The translations under genes were made by a program, and so were the position numbers. A DNA stretch of 64,000 nt, from positions 4,928,001 through 4,992,000 of the forward strand of contig OZ245046.1 of NCBI GenBank assembly GCA_965224245.1, in the 5' to 3' direction. The notes below the pieces were generated by a model. It had not been told where the DNA came from and ran no database searches. It saw nothing but the letters and a program-made list of their open reading frames with translations. The stretch comes from Candidatus Eiseniibacteriota bacterium. GTDB taxonomy: Bacteria; Eisenbacteria; RBG-16-71-46; CAZAMP01. Position 1 is the first letter of the stretch; the number at the start of each line of letters is the position of its first letter. Positions 40,109 to 49,416 of the stretch are shown in pieces.

Positions 40109-41158
40109 CTAGCTTCCGGACGGGATGACGGTCATGCCTTCTGCCACGGGACTCGAGACGTCGATCACACGCAGGAACGCGATCTTCTCCTCGACGTCCA
40201 CGACCTCGAGCGTGCCGATTGCATGGAGGTCCACGTAGAGCAGCTCACCGGTGTCGGGATCGGAGATCGTCTCGCTCTCACCGACGGTGAAGTGCTGACC
40301 GACCGAGACCCCTTCACGCAGTCCACGATTGATGATCACGCGCGTCGGCCTGTCGGCGGAGACGATCGTGCCTTCCCACTGGACGGCGTCGAGCTGCGCC
40401 TCGAGCGTTCGCACTGCATCTGCCAGGCAATCCAGCAGCGCGCTGCCGAGGTTGTCGTCGTCGAGACCTTCGTACCGGCCACCGCCGATGAGCGGAAGAT
40501 TCCGTACGCTCACCCGGTTCTGCTTCGCGACGCCGGTGACGTTCTCCGAGGCCGTGACGACTCCGGTCGTCGCGTCGATCATGTGGATCGTCATCGTGAT
40601 TCGCGAGGTACGTGACTTGAAGTCGAAGCGCGAGGCTGTGCCCGGGATGGAGATCCCCCCCAACGTGCTGCCTCCGGCGTCGATCGTGATCGTGGTGATG
40701 TGGGCACGCACCAGGAGCTGCGCCGGCGTGAGTCGACCGACCTCGGCTTGCTTCTTGCCACCGGCGACTCGACCGGAGACGCCGAAGTCCTGCTCGACCA
40801 AGGCGTCCCGCCGCGCGTCGATCCCGCCGATCGTGACAAATCGATCCGAAGCGTGTAGCTGACCGGTGAGGACCGCGGCCACCGCCGCGCTCAGATCGCC
40901 GTAGCGGGAGTGATCCCAGTAGTGCTCCCAACCGGTGGCGTGATTCCGGACCTCACTCACCATGACCGAATACCGGAGACCGCCTCCGGTGTCGTCTCGA
41001 ACCGAGCCGCCGTCGGTCTCCGACGACATGGTTCCATCACCCGCCGAGACGCCTGTCTTCGCGCGGATCCGATCACCGCGACCGGCATCCGCGCCGTCCG
41101 GGGCCACGAGTGCCAGACCGACGAGTGTGCCGACGACGGCGAACGCCCTGTTCCACAT
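40109..41158 (-). CDS. CsgG/HfaB-family protein with FlgT-like C-terminal domain
   Basis: VLTGQLHASDRFVTI...LVEQDF...AQLLVRAHIT...HMIDATTGVV; VIINRGLREGVSVGQ...DPDTGELL. Confidence 0.75.
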   Translation of the reverse strand: MWNRAFAVVGTLVGLALVAPDGADAGRGDRIRAKTGVSAGDGTMSSETDGGSVRDDTGGGLRYSVMVSEVRNHATGWEHYWDHSRYGDLSAAVAAVLTGQLHASDRFVTIGGIDARRDALVEQDFGVSGRVAGGKKQAEVGRLTPAQLLVRAHITTITIDAGGSTLGGISIPGTASRFDFKSRTSRITMTIHMIDATTGVVTASENVTGVAKQNRVSVRNLPLIGGGRYEGLDDDNLGSALLDCLADAVRTLEAQLDAVQWEGTIVSADRPTRVIINRGLREGVSVGQHFTVGESETISDPDTGELLYVDLHAIGTLEVVDVEEKIAFLRVIDVSSPVAEGMTVIPSGS

Positions 41159-41383
41159 GTCTGCTCCTTGGGTTCGAGTCCATCGGACGGTGCTCTCGTC
41201 GAGAACGTCGACCGAGGCGGAGGAGTGTTACGGGAGTTCCGCAGAAATGCCGGGAACTCGTGACGTGAGGCGGGGCTTACCTGTCAGGGACAAGGGCCCC
41301 AGGAGGCCACGGTGACGTGACGGGGGACGAGGTGCTGGTATGGACGTTCATCGGTGTCCGCCACGCGAGAACGGTGACCGGGG

Positions 41384-43126
41384 TCAATGAAGGAGGAGCG
41401 TGACCCCCGCTCGCACGCGCGACGGAACGAGCCCCGTGACGTCCAGCTCCAGCCTGGGCGATAGGCCGGAGTATCGCAGCCCCGGCCCGATCGTGAACGG
41501 GACGTACCCGACGCGCCCCCGGAATCCCCAGTCGATCGACGACCCGGCATCGGCGCGCGCGACTCCCATCTCGATCCACACCGACGGGCGATGCAAGGGA
41601 CCCCCGAGACCCACCACCGCCGTCGCCGCGGCGACCTCGCGCCCGTCTTGCAGGAAGCGGGGCGACAGCTCCAGCTGGGTGCCGAGCCAGGCCAGCGCCA
41701 GGTGGCGGAGGTATCCCACCGAGATCGCGTGCGCGGCCTCGAGATCGCCGCCCGCGACTCCCGCGCCCAGCGATCCCGACACGTAGAGCCCCGACATGCT
41801 GGGCGGATACCGCACGAGATGCACGAACCGAGTCGACGCCATATCGCGATCGCTCGCGATCGCGTGCGCCGGACCGCGCGCCAGCCACTCGGCCGGCGAT
41901 GCCCAGTCGGGGAACGCCGCGGCGGGATGCAGCTCGTCCAGACCGACGAGCGCGCGGCGCGATGCGGGCCCAGCGTCGGACGCGACGTCGTCCCCGTCGA
42001 CCGGCGCCGGGCCGATCGACGGATCGTGGAGGCCCTCCTCCCGGAGCTGCGGCCGGTACGCGGCCGGGCGAATCCCGTCCTCGTCCGGCGTGCCGGCCTT
42101 CCGGCGCCAGGCCGCCCAGATCGGGGTCGGGAGCGCGGCCAGCGACCCGAGCCGCTGATCGGTCAGCCACGCCGGACCCGATCGGTCGGCCGACCACTCC
42201 CGGACGATCGTCTCGGGCTCACGACCCAGAGGATCGCGAGCCACCCAGCGGTCCAGGTAGGGCGGCAGCGGGCGCGAGCGCGACACGATCGCGGTCAGGA
42301 ACAGCTCGCGCACCGCCTCCTGCGACGCCGCCATCACCCGGCAGAGGTGCGGGTGGTACCACTCGAGCTGATCGCGGCCGTGCGCCTGCCACACGTGACC
42401 GAGGTGATCGATCACGTAGACCCCGTTGCCGGCGAAGTAGCGTTCGGCGTCGCGCCGGTTCCGCGACAGCGCGAGGAACGGTCCGGAGCCTCGCGCGTCG
42501 AGCATTCGATCGGCGCTCATCGCGTCGACGAGATAGCCCAGCGCCGCGGCCTCGTGGGCGAGCGCGAACGACCAGGCGGGGTCCGAGGCGAGGGTGTCGG
42601 TGGCCATCGCGGCGAATCGCAGCGCGACCACGTGGTTCACCAGGAAGCCACAGACGGCGTTCGGGCCCGGGTCGATCCCGAGCGGCGTCGTGTGCCCGAG
42701 CCATCCCGGATCGAGGGACTCCGAGCCCACGCTCTCGGCGAAGCGCGCTTGTGCATGCGCCCATGCCGTCGCGACGTCCGCGACCGTCAGATCGGCGAGC
42801 TGTTCGAGGACGGACTCGTCCCGGTCGCGAACGCGCGAGCCCCCACCGGCCCGACTCAGTCGCTCGGCGAGCGAGCCGATCGAGAGCGTCACGTCACCGG
42901 CATCGATCGCACGCGTCGAGTCGAGCCGCACGTCGCCGAACACCCGGGGAAGGTCCTCGACGTCGGGCCGGCAGACGTCGTCGATCGCCCGGCTCCGGTA
43001 CGTGAGGTCGGCGATCATCCGGACCGGGTGGGGGGCCAGGTTCCGGGGCGACGAGCAGCCGGCACCGAGCGCGGCGGCTACGACCGCGATGCCGGCGAGG
43101 AGTGGTCGGACTCGGCTTCGGGACAT
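41384..43126 (-). CDS. Lipoprotein with phospholipase C/P1-nuclease-like helical region and C-terminal beta-strand domain
   Basis: AALGAGC lipobox after ATG 43126; ALAHEAAALGYLVDAMSADRM resembles the HxLxD motif region; amphipathic C-terminal strands. Confidence 0.55.
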   Translation of the reverse strand: MSRSRVRPLLAGIAVVAAALGAGCSSPRNLAPHPVRMIADLTYRSRAIDDVCRPDVEDLPRVFGDVRLDSTRAIDAGDVTLSIGSLAERLSRAGGGSRVRDRDESVLEQLADLTVADVATAWAHAQARFAESVGSESLDPGWLGHTTPLGIDPGPNAVCGFLVNHVVALRFAAMATDTLASDPAWSFALAHEAAALGYLVDAMSADRMLDARGSGPFLALSRNRRDAERYFAGNGVYVIDHLGHVWQAHGRDQLEWYHPHLCRVMAASQEAVRELFLTAIVSRSRPLPPYLDRWVARDPLGREPETIVREWSADRSGPAWLTDQRLGSLAALPTPIWAAWRRKAGTPDEDGIRPAAYRPQLREEGLHDPSIGPAPVDGDDVASDAGPASRRALVGLDELHPAAAFPDWASPAEWLARGPAHAIASDRDMASTRFVHLVRYPPSMSGLYVSGSLGAGVAGGDLEAAHAISVGYLRHLALAWLGTQLELSPRFLQDGREVAAATAVVGLGGPLHRPSVWIEMGVARADAGSSIDWGFRGRVGYVPFTIGPGLRYSGLSPRLELDVTGLVPSRVRAGVTLLLH

Positions 43127-44391
43127 GGGGCTCCCCAGTTGGTCACCAAGAAGTCGATCGCGTTCTGTCCGATGATGGCGTTCGCCGCGCGCTCCCCGAA
43201 CGCGTGCACGAGCCTCGCGCGCAGCCGGCCGATCTGGCTGACGCGCTCGATGTCGTAGGGCCCGGGAATGTAGCCCTCGAAGTCGGTTCCGATCGCGACG
43301 TGATCGAAGCCGCCGGTCAGCTTGCCGACGTGCTGGGTGGTCCGGACCACGTCGTCGAGACCGCCGTATGCGCGCGCCAGGGGCTGGGTGGCGTAGTTGC
43401 CCAGGAAGTACGGCATCAGAATGACGCCGACGACGCCGCCGCGGCTCGCGATCTCCTGGATGAGCTCGTCGGGAAGCGAGTACGGGTGCGCGCCGAGCGC
43501 GGCCACCGAGGAGTGCGTGGCCAGCACCGGGTACCGCGACACGCGCAGCACGTCGGCCACGGTTGGCGCCGCCGCGTGCGAGACGTCGACCAGGACGCCG
43601 GCGTCGTTCATCGCGCTCACGATGTCGGCGCCCAGCGCCGTCAACCCGTGTCGCGGCGGCGGGGTGAACGCATCCGGAAAGAACGGGATCGCATTGCCGC
43701 TGGCGCCGACCCCCCTTCCGAAGAAGTGCGTGACCGTGATCAGCGCGACGCCGCGGTCGGCGAACATCCTCACCGCATCCGGTGAGCCGCCGAGGTGATG
43801 ACCTCCCTCGAGGGTGTGCACGACCGCGATCCGGTAGTCGGGGTGGATCTCGCCGTCGTCCGTCGTCTTCCGGGCGTCGGTGAGCCGCTTCAGGTCCGCC
43901 GGTGTTCGTGCGAGCTCCGCGTACGGCGCCGCCGTCGTGGAGAGCTCGAACTCCAGCTGGTCCAGCATGCGCAGCGCCTGACGCGGCGCGTCGGGATTCG
44001 GATCGACGGGCATCGACGCGAACTCGTCGAACAGGTTGAAGTGCGCGACCGCCATCATGTCGATGCCCGCGCGCCACGCCCGCTCCCAGCTCACGTCGGT
44101 GTGATTCAAGAGGTTCTCGGCCAGGTCGGCCAGGGCGGGCGCGGACGTGCCCACGGCGCTGTACCGGATCCAGCTGGCGATCAGCGGATGCACGTGGAGA
44201 TCGGCGAGCTGGCGACGCGACAGATCGTTCGCGAGCGCCGGGGGTGCCGGCAGGCCTGACGCCGCCATCGCGGCGACCGCCGCAGCGGTGGTGCGGAGAA
44301 ACCGCCGGCGGCTCATGTCCTGACCCGACGCGAGGCCCTTCGACGGCCGATCGACTCGCGACGCGCGAGGCGGCCCAGGCACGGGCGTCAT
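43078..44391 (-). CDS. Tat-exported membrane dipeptidase (M19 family)
   Basis: SRRRFL Tat motif; ADLHVH, TLEGG, ITVTH, LVDVSH, ATHS, HVAIGTDFEG. Start at 44391 (GGGAGAGG RBS) or 44316. Confidence 0.88.
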   Translation of the reverse strand: MTPVPGPPRASRVDRPSKGLASGQDMSRRRFLRTTAAAVAAMAASGLPAPPALANDLSRRQLADLHVHPLIASWIRYSAVGTSAPALADLAENLLNHTDVSWERAWRAGIDMMAVAHFNLFDEFASMPVDPNPDAPRQALRMLDQLEFELSTTAAPYAELARTPADLKRLTDARKTTDDGEIHPDYRIAVVHTLEGGHHLGGSPDAVRMFADRGVALITVTHFFGRGVGASGNAIPFFPDAFTPPPRHGLTALGADIVSAMNDAGVLVDVSHAAAPTVADVLRVSRYPVLATHSSVAALGAHPYSLPDELIQEIASRGGVVGVILMPYFLGNYATQPLARAYGGLDDVVRTTQHVGKLTGGFDHVAIGTDFEGYIPGPYDIERVSQIGRLRARLVHAFGERAANAIIGQNAIDFLVTNWGAPCPEAESDHSSPASRS

Positions 44392-44797
44392 GGCGTGCGA
44401 CCTCTCCCGATGGCGTCCGGATTCACTCGACGCGCGCGTACGTGACGATTGAGACCGCAATGTACCAGCATGCGTCGGGCCCCTCAATTCGCGTCGCGGT
44501 GGTCGGCACGGCGCGGGCGATGATCCTCTAACACAAAGTTATTCATGCATTTGAAGCGACGACCGTCGCGGGCGGGTCGGCGTCCTGGAGCCATCGGTTC
44601 GATGCGTTCGGGCACCGAACGACGGCTGTCTCCGGTTTCCCCACGGGCCCGGGTTACACATCGAGCCCCGAGTGCGCCTCTCCCCATGTCGGCAGGTACG
44701 CCGTAGCTCGTCTCCCCCGCGACCTCCTCCTCGCGGGCCGACGGAGCCGGCGCGCCCGTAACCCGTTGGTCCGCAGTAATCGATGAGGATGAGAACG

Positions 44798-47653
44798 ATG
44801 TCGAAGACGAGATGGAATGCCTTGACACTGGCGTGTATCGCCACCGTCGCGACCCTCGGCGCCGTCGCGGACGCGTCGTTCGCCGAGAGCGCCGATGCGC
44901 ACAGGACGCACCCCTCCGAGAGCATCCCGTTCGGCCCGGGGACACCGGCTCCGCCCGATCCGGACAACCGGTGCGAGCTCTCACGCGTGTACCTGAGCCA
45001 CGGTGAAACGCTGTCACCCGCGGCCGCGTCCGCGGAACGCGCATGCGACCTCGTGACCGATCGGTCCCCGGCCACCGCGATCACGATCCCCGGCGCGGAC
45101 CACGCGCTCGAGATCCGCTTCATCGGCGCGCCGCGATGGGTCAACCGGGTCTCGGTGGACACCGACGGCGACGTGAGCATCGATGCCTGGATGCTCGACG
45201 GCTCGTGGAAGCCCCTGGGCACCGTCGCCGCCGGCGAGGTCCTGGAGACGTCCGATCTCCGCGTCCGGGGTCTCAGGGTCTCCCCGCCGGATCCGGCTCA
45301 GGGTGACCTGGCGATCTCCGACGTCGACGCGCGGTGGGTTCAGTTCGATCCCGATCATGGATCCGACACCGCGCGCAGCGGCGGCTACCTCTATCACTAC
45401 GACTGGGTCAACGACTACCCATGGACGTCGAACCTCAGCAAGTGCGACAACGACGCGAGGGGACTGCGCGACAAGCTCCCGGGCTGGGGCTGGGGCGGTC
45501 ACGGCAACTCGAGCGCACACGAGCATCACTTCGTACGCGACGACATCGGATCGGGGCAGAACACGAACCACATCGACTGGGCCGACCTGAGCTACTTCTC
45601 GGGGCACGGGAGCGGCTCGATCTACGACGGCGGCTACGAAGCGAACTACGGTGCGATGCGGTTCGGCGTCTCGGTCGATGGCACGGCCATGAATCCCAGC
45701 GAGGGCTATCACGCGTGGGGCAACTCGAACATGGAGTGGCTGATGGCCACGTCCTGCCAGACGCTCAACGACGTCTCGCGCGGCGTGTGGTACCACACCA
45801 TGGCGGGCATGCACCTGTTCTGCGGCACCGTCACGAACATCTACGACAAGGACTACGGCAGCGCGATCGGTCGGAAGCTCGTGGACTCGGGTGCGTTCGA
45901 CTCGGCGGACAAGGTGCGCATCGCGTGGTTCGACGCGCTCGACTATCGCAACTACTCGGGCATGGCCCAGATCGTCGGCGAGACGTCGAGCTGCGGCAAC
46001 GACTACATCTGGGGCCAGGGCTCGGTGGTGGCCGACCCGACCCACGACGGCTACTACGCCTACTGGCACCGGGATCTCTCGGGCCTGCGCGAGCCCGGTG
46101 AGTCGATCCTCGAGACGCACATGATCTCGAACCCCGAGCGGTACCGCCCGCCCTCCGATCCCGTCGTGTTCGCCAGGACCGGCGAGAACGGCATCCGGGT
46201 ATCCATCGATCGGTCCGTGATGTCGCAACGACGCGGCACCTTCGTGACCTCCTACCTGGTCGTCTCGACTGCCGCCGAGCCGGTCTACGTTCGGGGCATC
46301 GCGGACGCGATCTGTGCCCGCACCGGTGCGCTCTGCGGCGGCGACATCGGCCCCGGACACGAGGGCGAGATGTGCCTCGTGGTGGGCCCCGACGAGCTGA
46401 CCGTGTACGACGGCAGCGGTGGCTGGGAGTTCAAGGACGTCGAGTCCTGGCTCGCGTGGCACACGACGCCGCCCGCCATTCCCATGGGCACCGCGGCGCA
46501 GGCGCTGGCCGACGGCGTCGTCCGCGACGTCCTCGGCGCGATGCCGGACGACGCGGTGTTCGATCGCGTCGACTACATCGGGCAAGGCGGCATGTTCGCG
46601 CCCGAAGACGGACCGGAACGGATCGATCCCGACAGCACGTTCACCATCGGATCGCGCGCGCTGTATCAGCGGCGCATCGCCGACGGACCGAACAGCTATC
46701 CCGTCGTGGGTGGCGCCAAGATGTCCGTCACGTTCGGGAACGGCGGCGACGTGGATCGCTTCTTCGTGAACGGATGGCGGAAGATGGTGCCCGGCGAGTC
46801 GGTGCCGGTGATCGACTTCTCGGAGGTCGTCGACGGACTGACCGAGAACGGCTGGGCGGCCACCGTCGACCCGATCCGCACGCCGGCCGACGAGATCCAG
46901 ATCACCGACGTGGAGATCGGCTACTACGAGCCCGGCGCCGACATCGACGTGGACGAGATCAAGCCGGTGTACGTGATTCGCGCCAACCTCCTGGTCGACG
47001 GCGAGTCGACCGGGACCCCGGCCGAGTTCTATGCGTGGGTCGAGTATCCGGGGCTGACCGGAGAGATCCTCAGCCCGGCCGACAGCAGCGTGGTCGAGCC
47101 CGGCTCGATCGTCTGCTTCGACGCGCGCGGAAACGGTGGTGCGCCGCCCTACACGTACGAGTGGGTCGACGAGACCGGCGCGGTCGTGGGGGTAGGTGAG
47201 TCGATCTGCATCCCGGTCGACCTTCCGCCGCTGGGGCACGAGGAGCAGGAGTACGTCCGCACGTTCGAGGTGCGCGTGCGCGACAGCGACGGCAACGAGG
47301 CGAACGACGAGGTGCGCGTGTACCTGGCCGATGCGCTGGCCACCGAGAGCGTGTCGAGCCCCGTCGCGTTCACGCTGGGTCAGAACCGACCGAACCCGTT
47401 CAACCCGCGCACGACGATCTCGTTCGAGATCCCGACGTCGGCGGGCGATGCGGTCGACGTTCACCTCGCCATCTACGACGCGCGGGGACGCCGCGTGCGG
47501 ACGCTGGTCGACGGCGCGCGCGTGCCCAACCGTTACACGGTCACCTGGGACGGCATGGATGACTCGGGGCTCGCGGTGTCGAGCGGGATCTACTTCTCGC
47601 GGCTCGAGGCGCCCGGGTTCCAGGCCACGCGACAGATGACGCTCATCAGATGA
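44798..47653 (+). CDS. Secreted DUF6345-like (caspase/gingipain-fold) protein with PKD-like and FlgD-like C-terminal domains
   Basis: DWADLSYFSGHG ... WGNSNMEWLMATSC; GNGGAPPYTYEW; LGQNRPNPFNPRTTISF...WDGMDDSG...SSGIYF. Start could also be 44783 or 44789. Confidence 0.78.
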   Translation: MSKTRWNALTLACIATVATLGAVADASFAESADAHRTHPSESIPFGPGTPAPPDPDNRCELSRVYLSHGETLSPAAASAERACDLVTDRSPATAITIPGADHALEIRFIGAPRWVNRVSVDTDGDVSIDAWMLDGSWKPLGTVAAGEVLETSDLRVRGLRVSPPDPAQGDLAISDVDARWVQFDPDHGSDTARSGGYLYHYDWVNDYPWTSNLSKCDNDARGLRDKLPGWGWGGHGNSSAHEHHFVRDDIGSGQNTNHIDWADLSYFSGHGSGSIYDGGYEANYGAMRFGVSVDGTAMNPSEGYHAWGNSNMEWLMATSCQTLNDVSRGVWYHTMAGMHLFCGTVTNIYDKDYGSAIGRKLVDSGAFDSADKVRIAWFDALDYRNYSGMAQIVGETSSCGNDYIWGQGSVVADPTHDGYYAYWHRDLSGLREPGESILETHMISNPERYRPPSDPVVFARTGENGIRVSIDRSVMSQRRGTFVTSYLVVSTAAEPVYVRGIADAICARTGALCGGDIGPGHEGEMCLVVGPDELTVYDGSGGWEFKDVESWLAWHTTPPAIPMGTAAQALADGVVRDVLGAMPDDAVFDRVDYIGQGGMFAPEDGPERIDPDSTFTIGSRALYQRRIADGPNSYPVVGGAKMSVTFGNGGDVDRFFVNGWRKMVPGESVPVIDFSEVVDGLTENGWAATVDPIRTPADEIQITDVEIGYYEPGADIDVDEIKPVYVIRANLLVDGESTGTPAEFYAWVEYPGLTGEILSPADSSVVEPGSIVCFDARGNGGAPPYTYEWVDETGAVVGVGESICIPVDLPPLGHEEQEYVRTFEVRVRDSDGNEANDEVRVYLADALATESVSSPVAFTLGQNRPNPFNPRTTISFEIPTSAGDAVDVHLAIYDARGRRVRTLVDGARVPNRYTVTWDGMDDSGLAVSSGIYFSRLEAPGFQATRQMTLIR

Positions 47654-47741
47654 CGTGATGGCGGGCCGTCGGCGCCCAGGTCGTCGGACCTTGCGCGGCG
47701 ACGGCGGCCGGCCCCGAACGGCCCTCATCACGTCCTGCCCC

Positions 47742-47787
47742 GGGACGCCGATCCGGTCACTGGAGCCGGGTCGGCGTCTCTTCTTCT
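47742..47787 (+). terminator. Intrinsic terminator-like hairpin
   Basis: GGGACGCCGATCCGG-N9-CCGGGTCGGCGTCTC followed by TTCTTCT. Confidence 0.55.
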
Positions 47788-47901
47788 CCACCGGCGCATC
47801 TCAGCCGTCCGGCGGCCGCCGGATCCATCCCGGGCCCTCTTCGAGCCGATGAATCCACCATCTCGATTGGACACCATTCCCGCTCGAACAGGAGATCGAA
47901 G

Positions 47902-49248
47902 ATGAAGCTCGCCAGCCTCGGTGCCCTCGCCCTCATGGGTGCGATCGGGTTCTCGACCGGATGCTCGCCCGCCGCCATGAAGCAGCAAACGCTCGTCCCG
48001 GAGCTCACGTCACCGCCCGCCGGCGTGCGCTCGGTGCGCACGATGTCCACGACCACGCCCGAGGTCGTGGAGATCTCCAGCCGCGGGGGCTCGATGCAGC
48101 TGGGACTGTACGAGCTCGGCGAGCTCGTGCGCCTCGATCTCGTCCTGCACAACGACACGGACAAGCCGCTGCGCCTCCCCGCGTCGTTCTTCACGCTGGC
48201 CGATGCGAACGGGGTCGAGATGGTGCGGCTCGACACGCACGACGCGGCCAATCGCACGCTGGTCGACGAGGACACGGGGCCGTACACGCCGAAGGTCCAC
48301 GCCACCGCGCGCGCGACCGGGTCCGACGACCCGGCGGACGACGCGCACCGCTCGCGCGGGTCGATCGCGCTGGGCATGGCCGGCGACGAGGGCATGTCGG
48401 CGATCATGGCCGCCGAGGCGATCTACGCGACCGGGCTCGCGGACGAGACCGAGATCGAGCCCCACGCGACCCTCCACGCGACGGCCTACTGGGAGAACGT
48501 GGCGAAGAAGGCGTATCCCCTGGTGCTCGGCATCCCGCAGCTCGGTCATGCGCTTCACTACATGCCCGGCACCGCCTGGCACGCCCGGGCGACGCCGGGC
48601 GCCGGGCGCCACGACACCGCCCCGCCGCTGCCGTCCGACCAGCGCACCGGGTCGACGTCGTTCTTCCTGTACGGGTCGTACAACACGTACGCGATGGGCG
48701 ACGTGAACGATCAGATCGACGCGACGAACGAGACGATCGATCCGCTGGCGCTGGACCGGGTGACCGGCGGGATGGGCTTCGGCGTCGACGTCCTCCAGCG
48801 TCGGAGCCGGCACTGGACCTTCGGCCTCGGCGCCGAGCGTCTCCTGGGCAGGACGAACGTCAGCCAGGACGGGAGCGAGCTCGCGTACAACGTCGACGGC
48901 TGGGCTTTCCGTGCGCTGACGCAGTACGCGCTGATCGGCGGCCGCGGCATGCGCGTGTCCCTCGAGGGAGGCGCCGGTATGGTCATGACCACCGCCAGCG
49001 TGTTCGCGTCGGAGGACGGCGTCGAGGCGGAGATCGATCTGAAGGGCAAGGGTCTCATGGCGGAGGCCGGCCTGCCGATCGAGTTCCCGGTCAGCGATCG
49101 GGCGGCGTTCGTGACGCGCGTCGGCTACCGCCACGCGGTCGTGAGCAAGACCGAGGCGCTCGGCGTGGAGCTGGAGACCGCCGACGGCGATCCGTACACG
49201 ATCGACTACTCGGGGGCCACGATGCACGTGGGGTTCCGGGTGCGCTGA
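47902..49248 (+). CDS. Lipoprotein-domain / outer-membrane beta-barrel fusion
   Basis: FSTGC lipobox; Ig-like domain (LVLHNDTDKP...FTLADANG); C-terminal barrel ending IDYSGATMHVGFRVR. Confidence 0.65.
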   Translation: MKLASLGALALMGAIGFSTGCSPAAMKQQTLVPELTSPPAGVRSVRTMSTTTPEVVEISSRGGSMQLGLYELGELVRLDLVLHNDTDKPLRLPASFFTLADANGVEMVRLDTHDAANRTLVDEDTGPYTPKVHATARATGSDDPADDAHRSRGSIALGMAGDEGMSAIMAAEAIYATGLADETEIEPHATLHATAYWENVAKKAYPLVLGIPQLGHALHYMPGTAWHARATPGAGRHDTAPPLPSDQRTGSTSFFLYGSYNTYAMGDVNDQIDATNETIDPLALDRVTGGMGFGVDVLQRRSRHWTFGLGAERLLGRTNVSQDGSELAYNVDGWAFRALTQYALIGGRGMRVSLEGGAGMVMTTASVFASEDGVEAEIDLKGKGLMAEAGLPIEFPVSDRAAFVTRVGYRHAVVSKTEALGVELETADGDPYTIDYSGATMHVGFRVR

Positions 49249-49416
49249 TCCGGCAAGACCGCCTGGAGCGCCGCGCACGGTCGGCGCTACCGGGTCGTCC
49301 CGGTGCTGGGAGACGGGTCGGGCTCATCCTGGATCGACGAATCGGCCGGATGGACGCCCGTCGGGCACTCGAATGCGGTACGATTCCGGTTCGGGGCCAG
49401 CACCGGGAGGTACAGG

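Noticed and set aside
45014-47791. 925-aa minus-strand ORF and similar Arg/Pro-rich overlapping ORFs
   Set aside because: Antisense or alternate-frame artefacts of genes with clear motifs.
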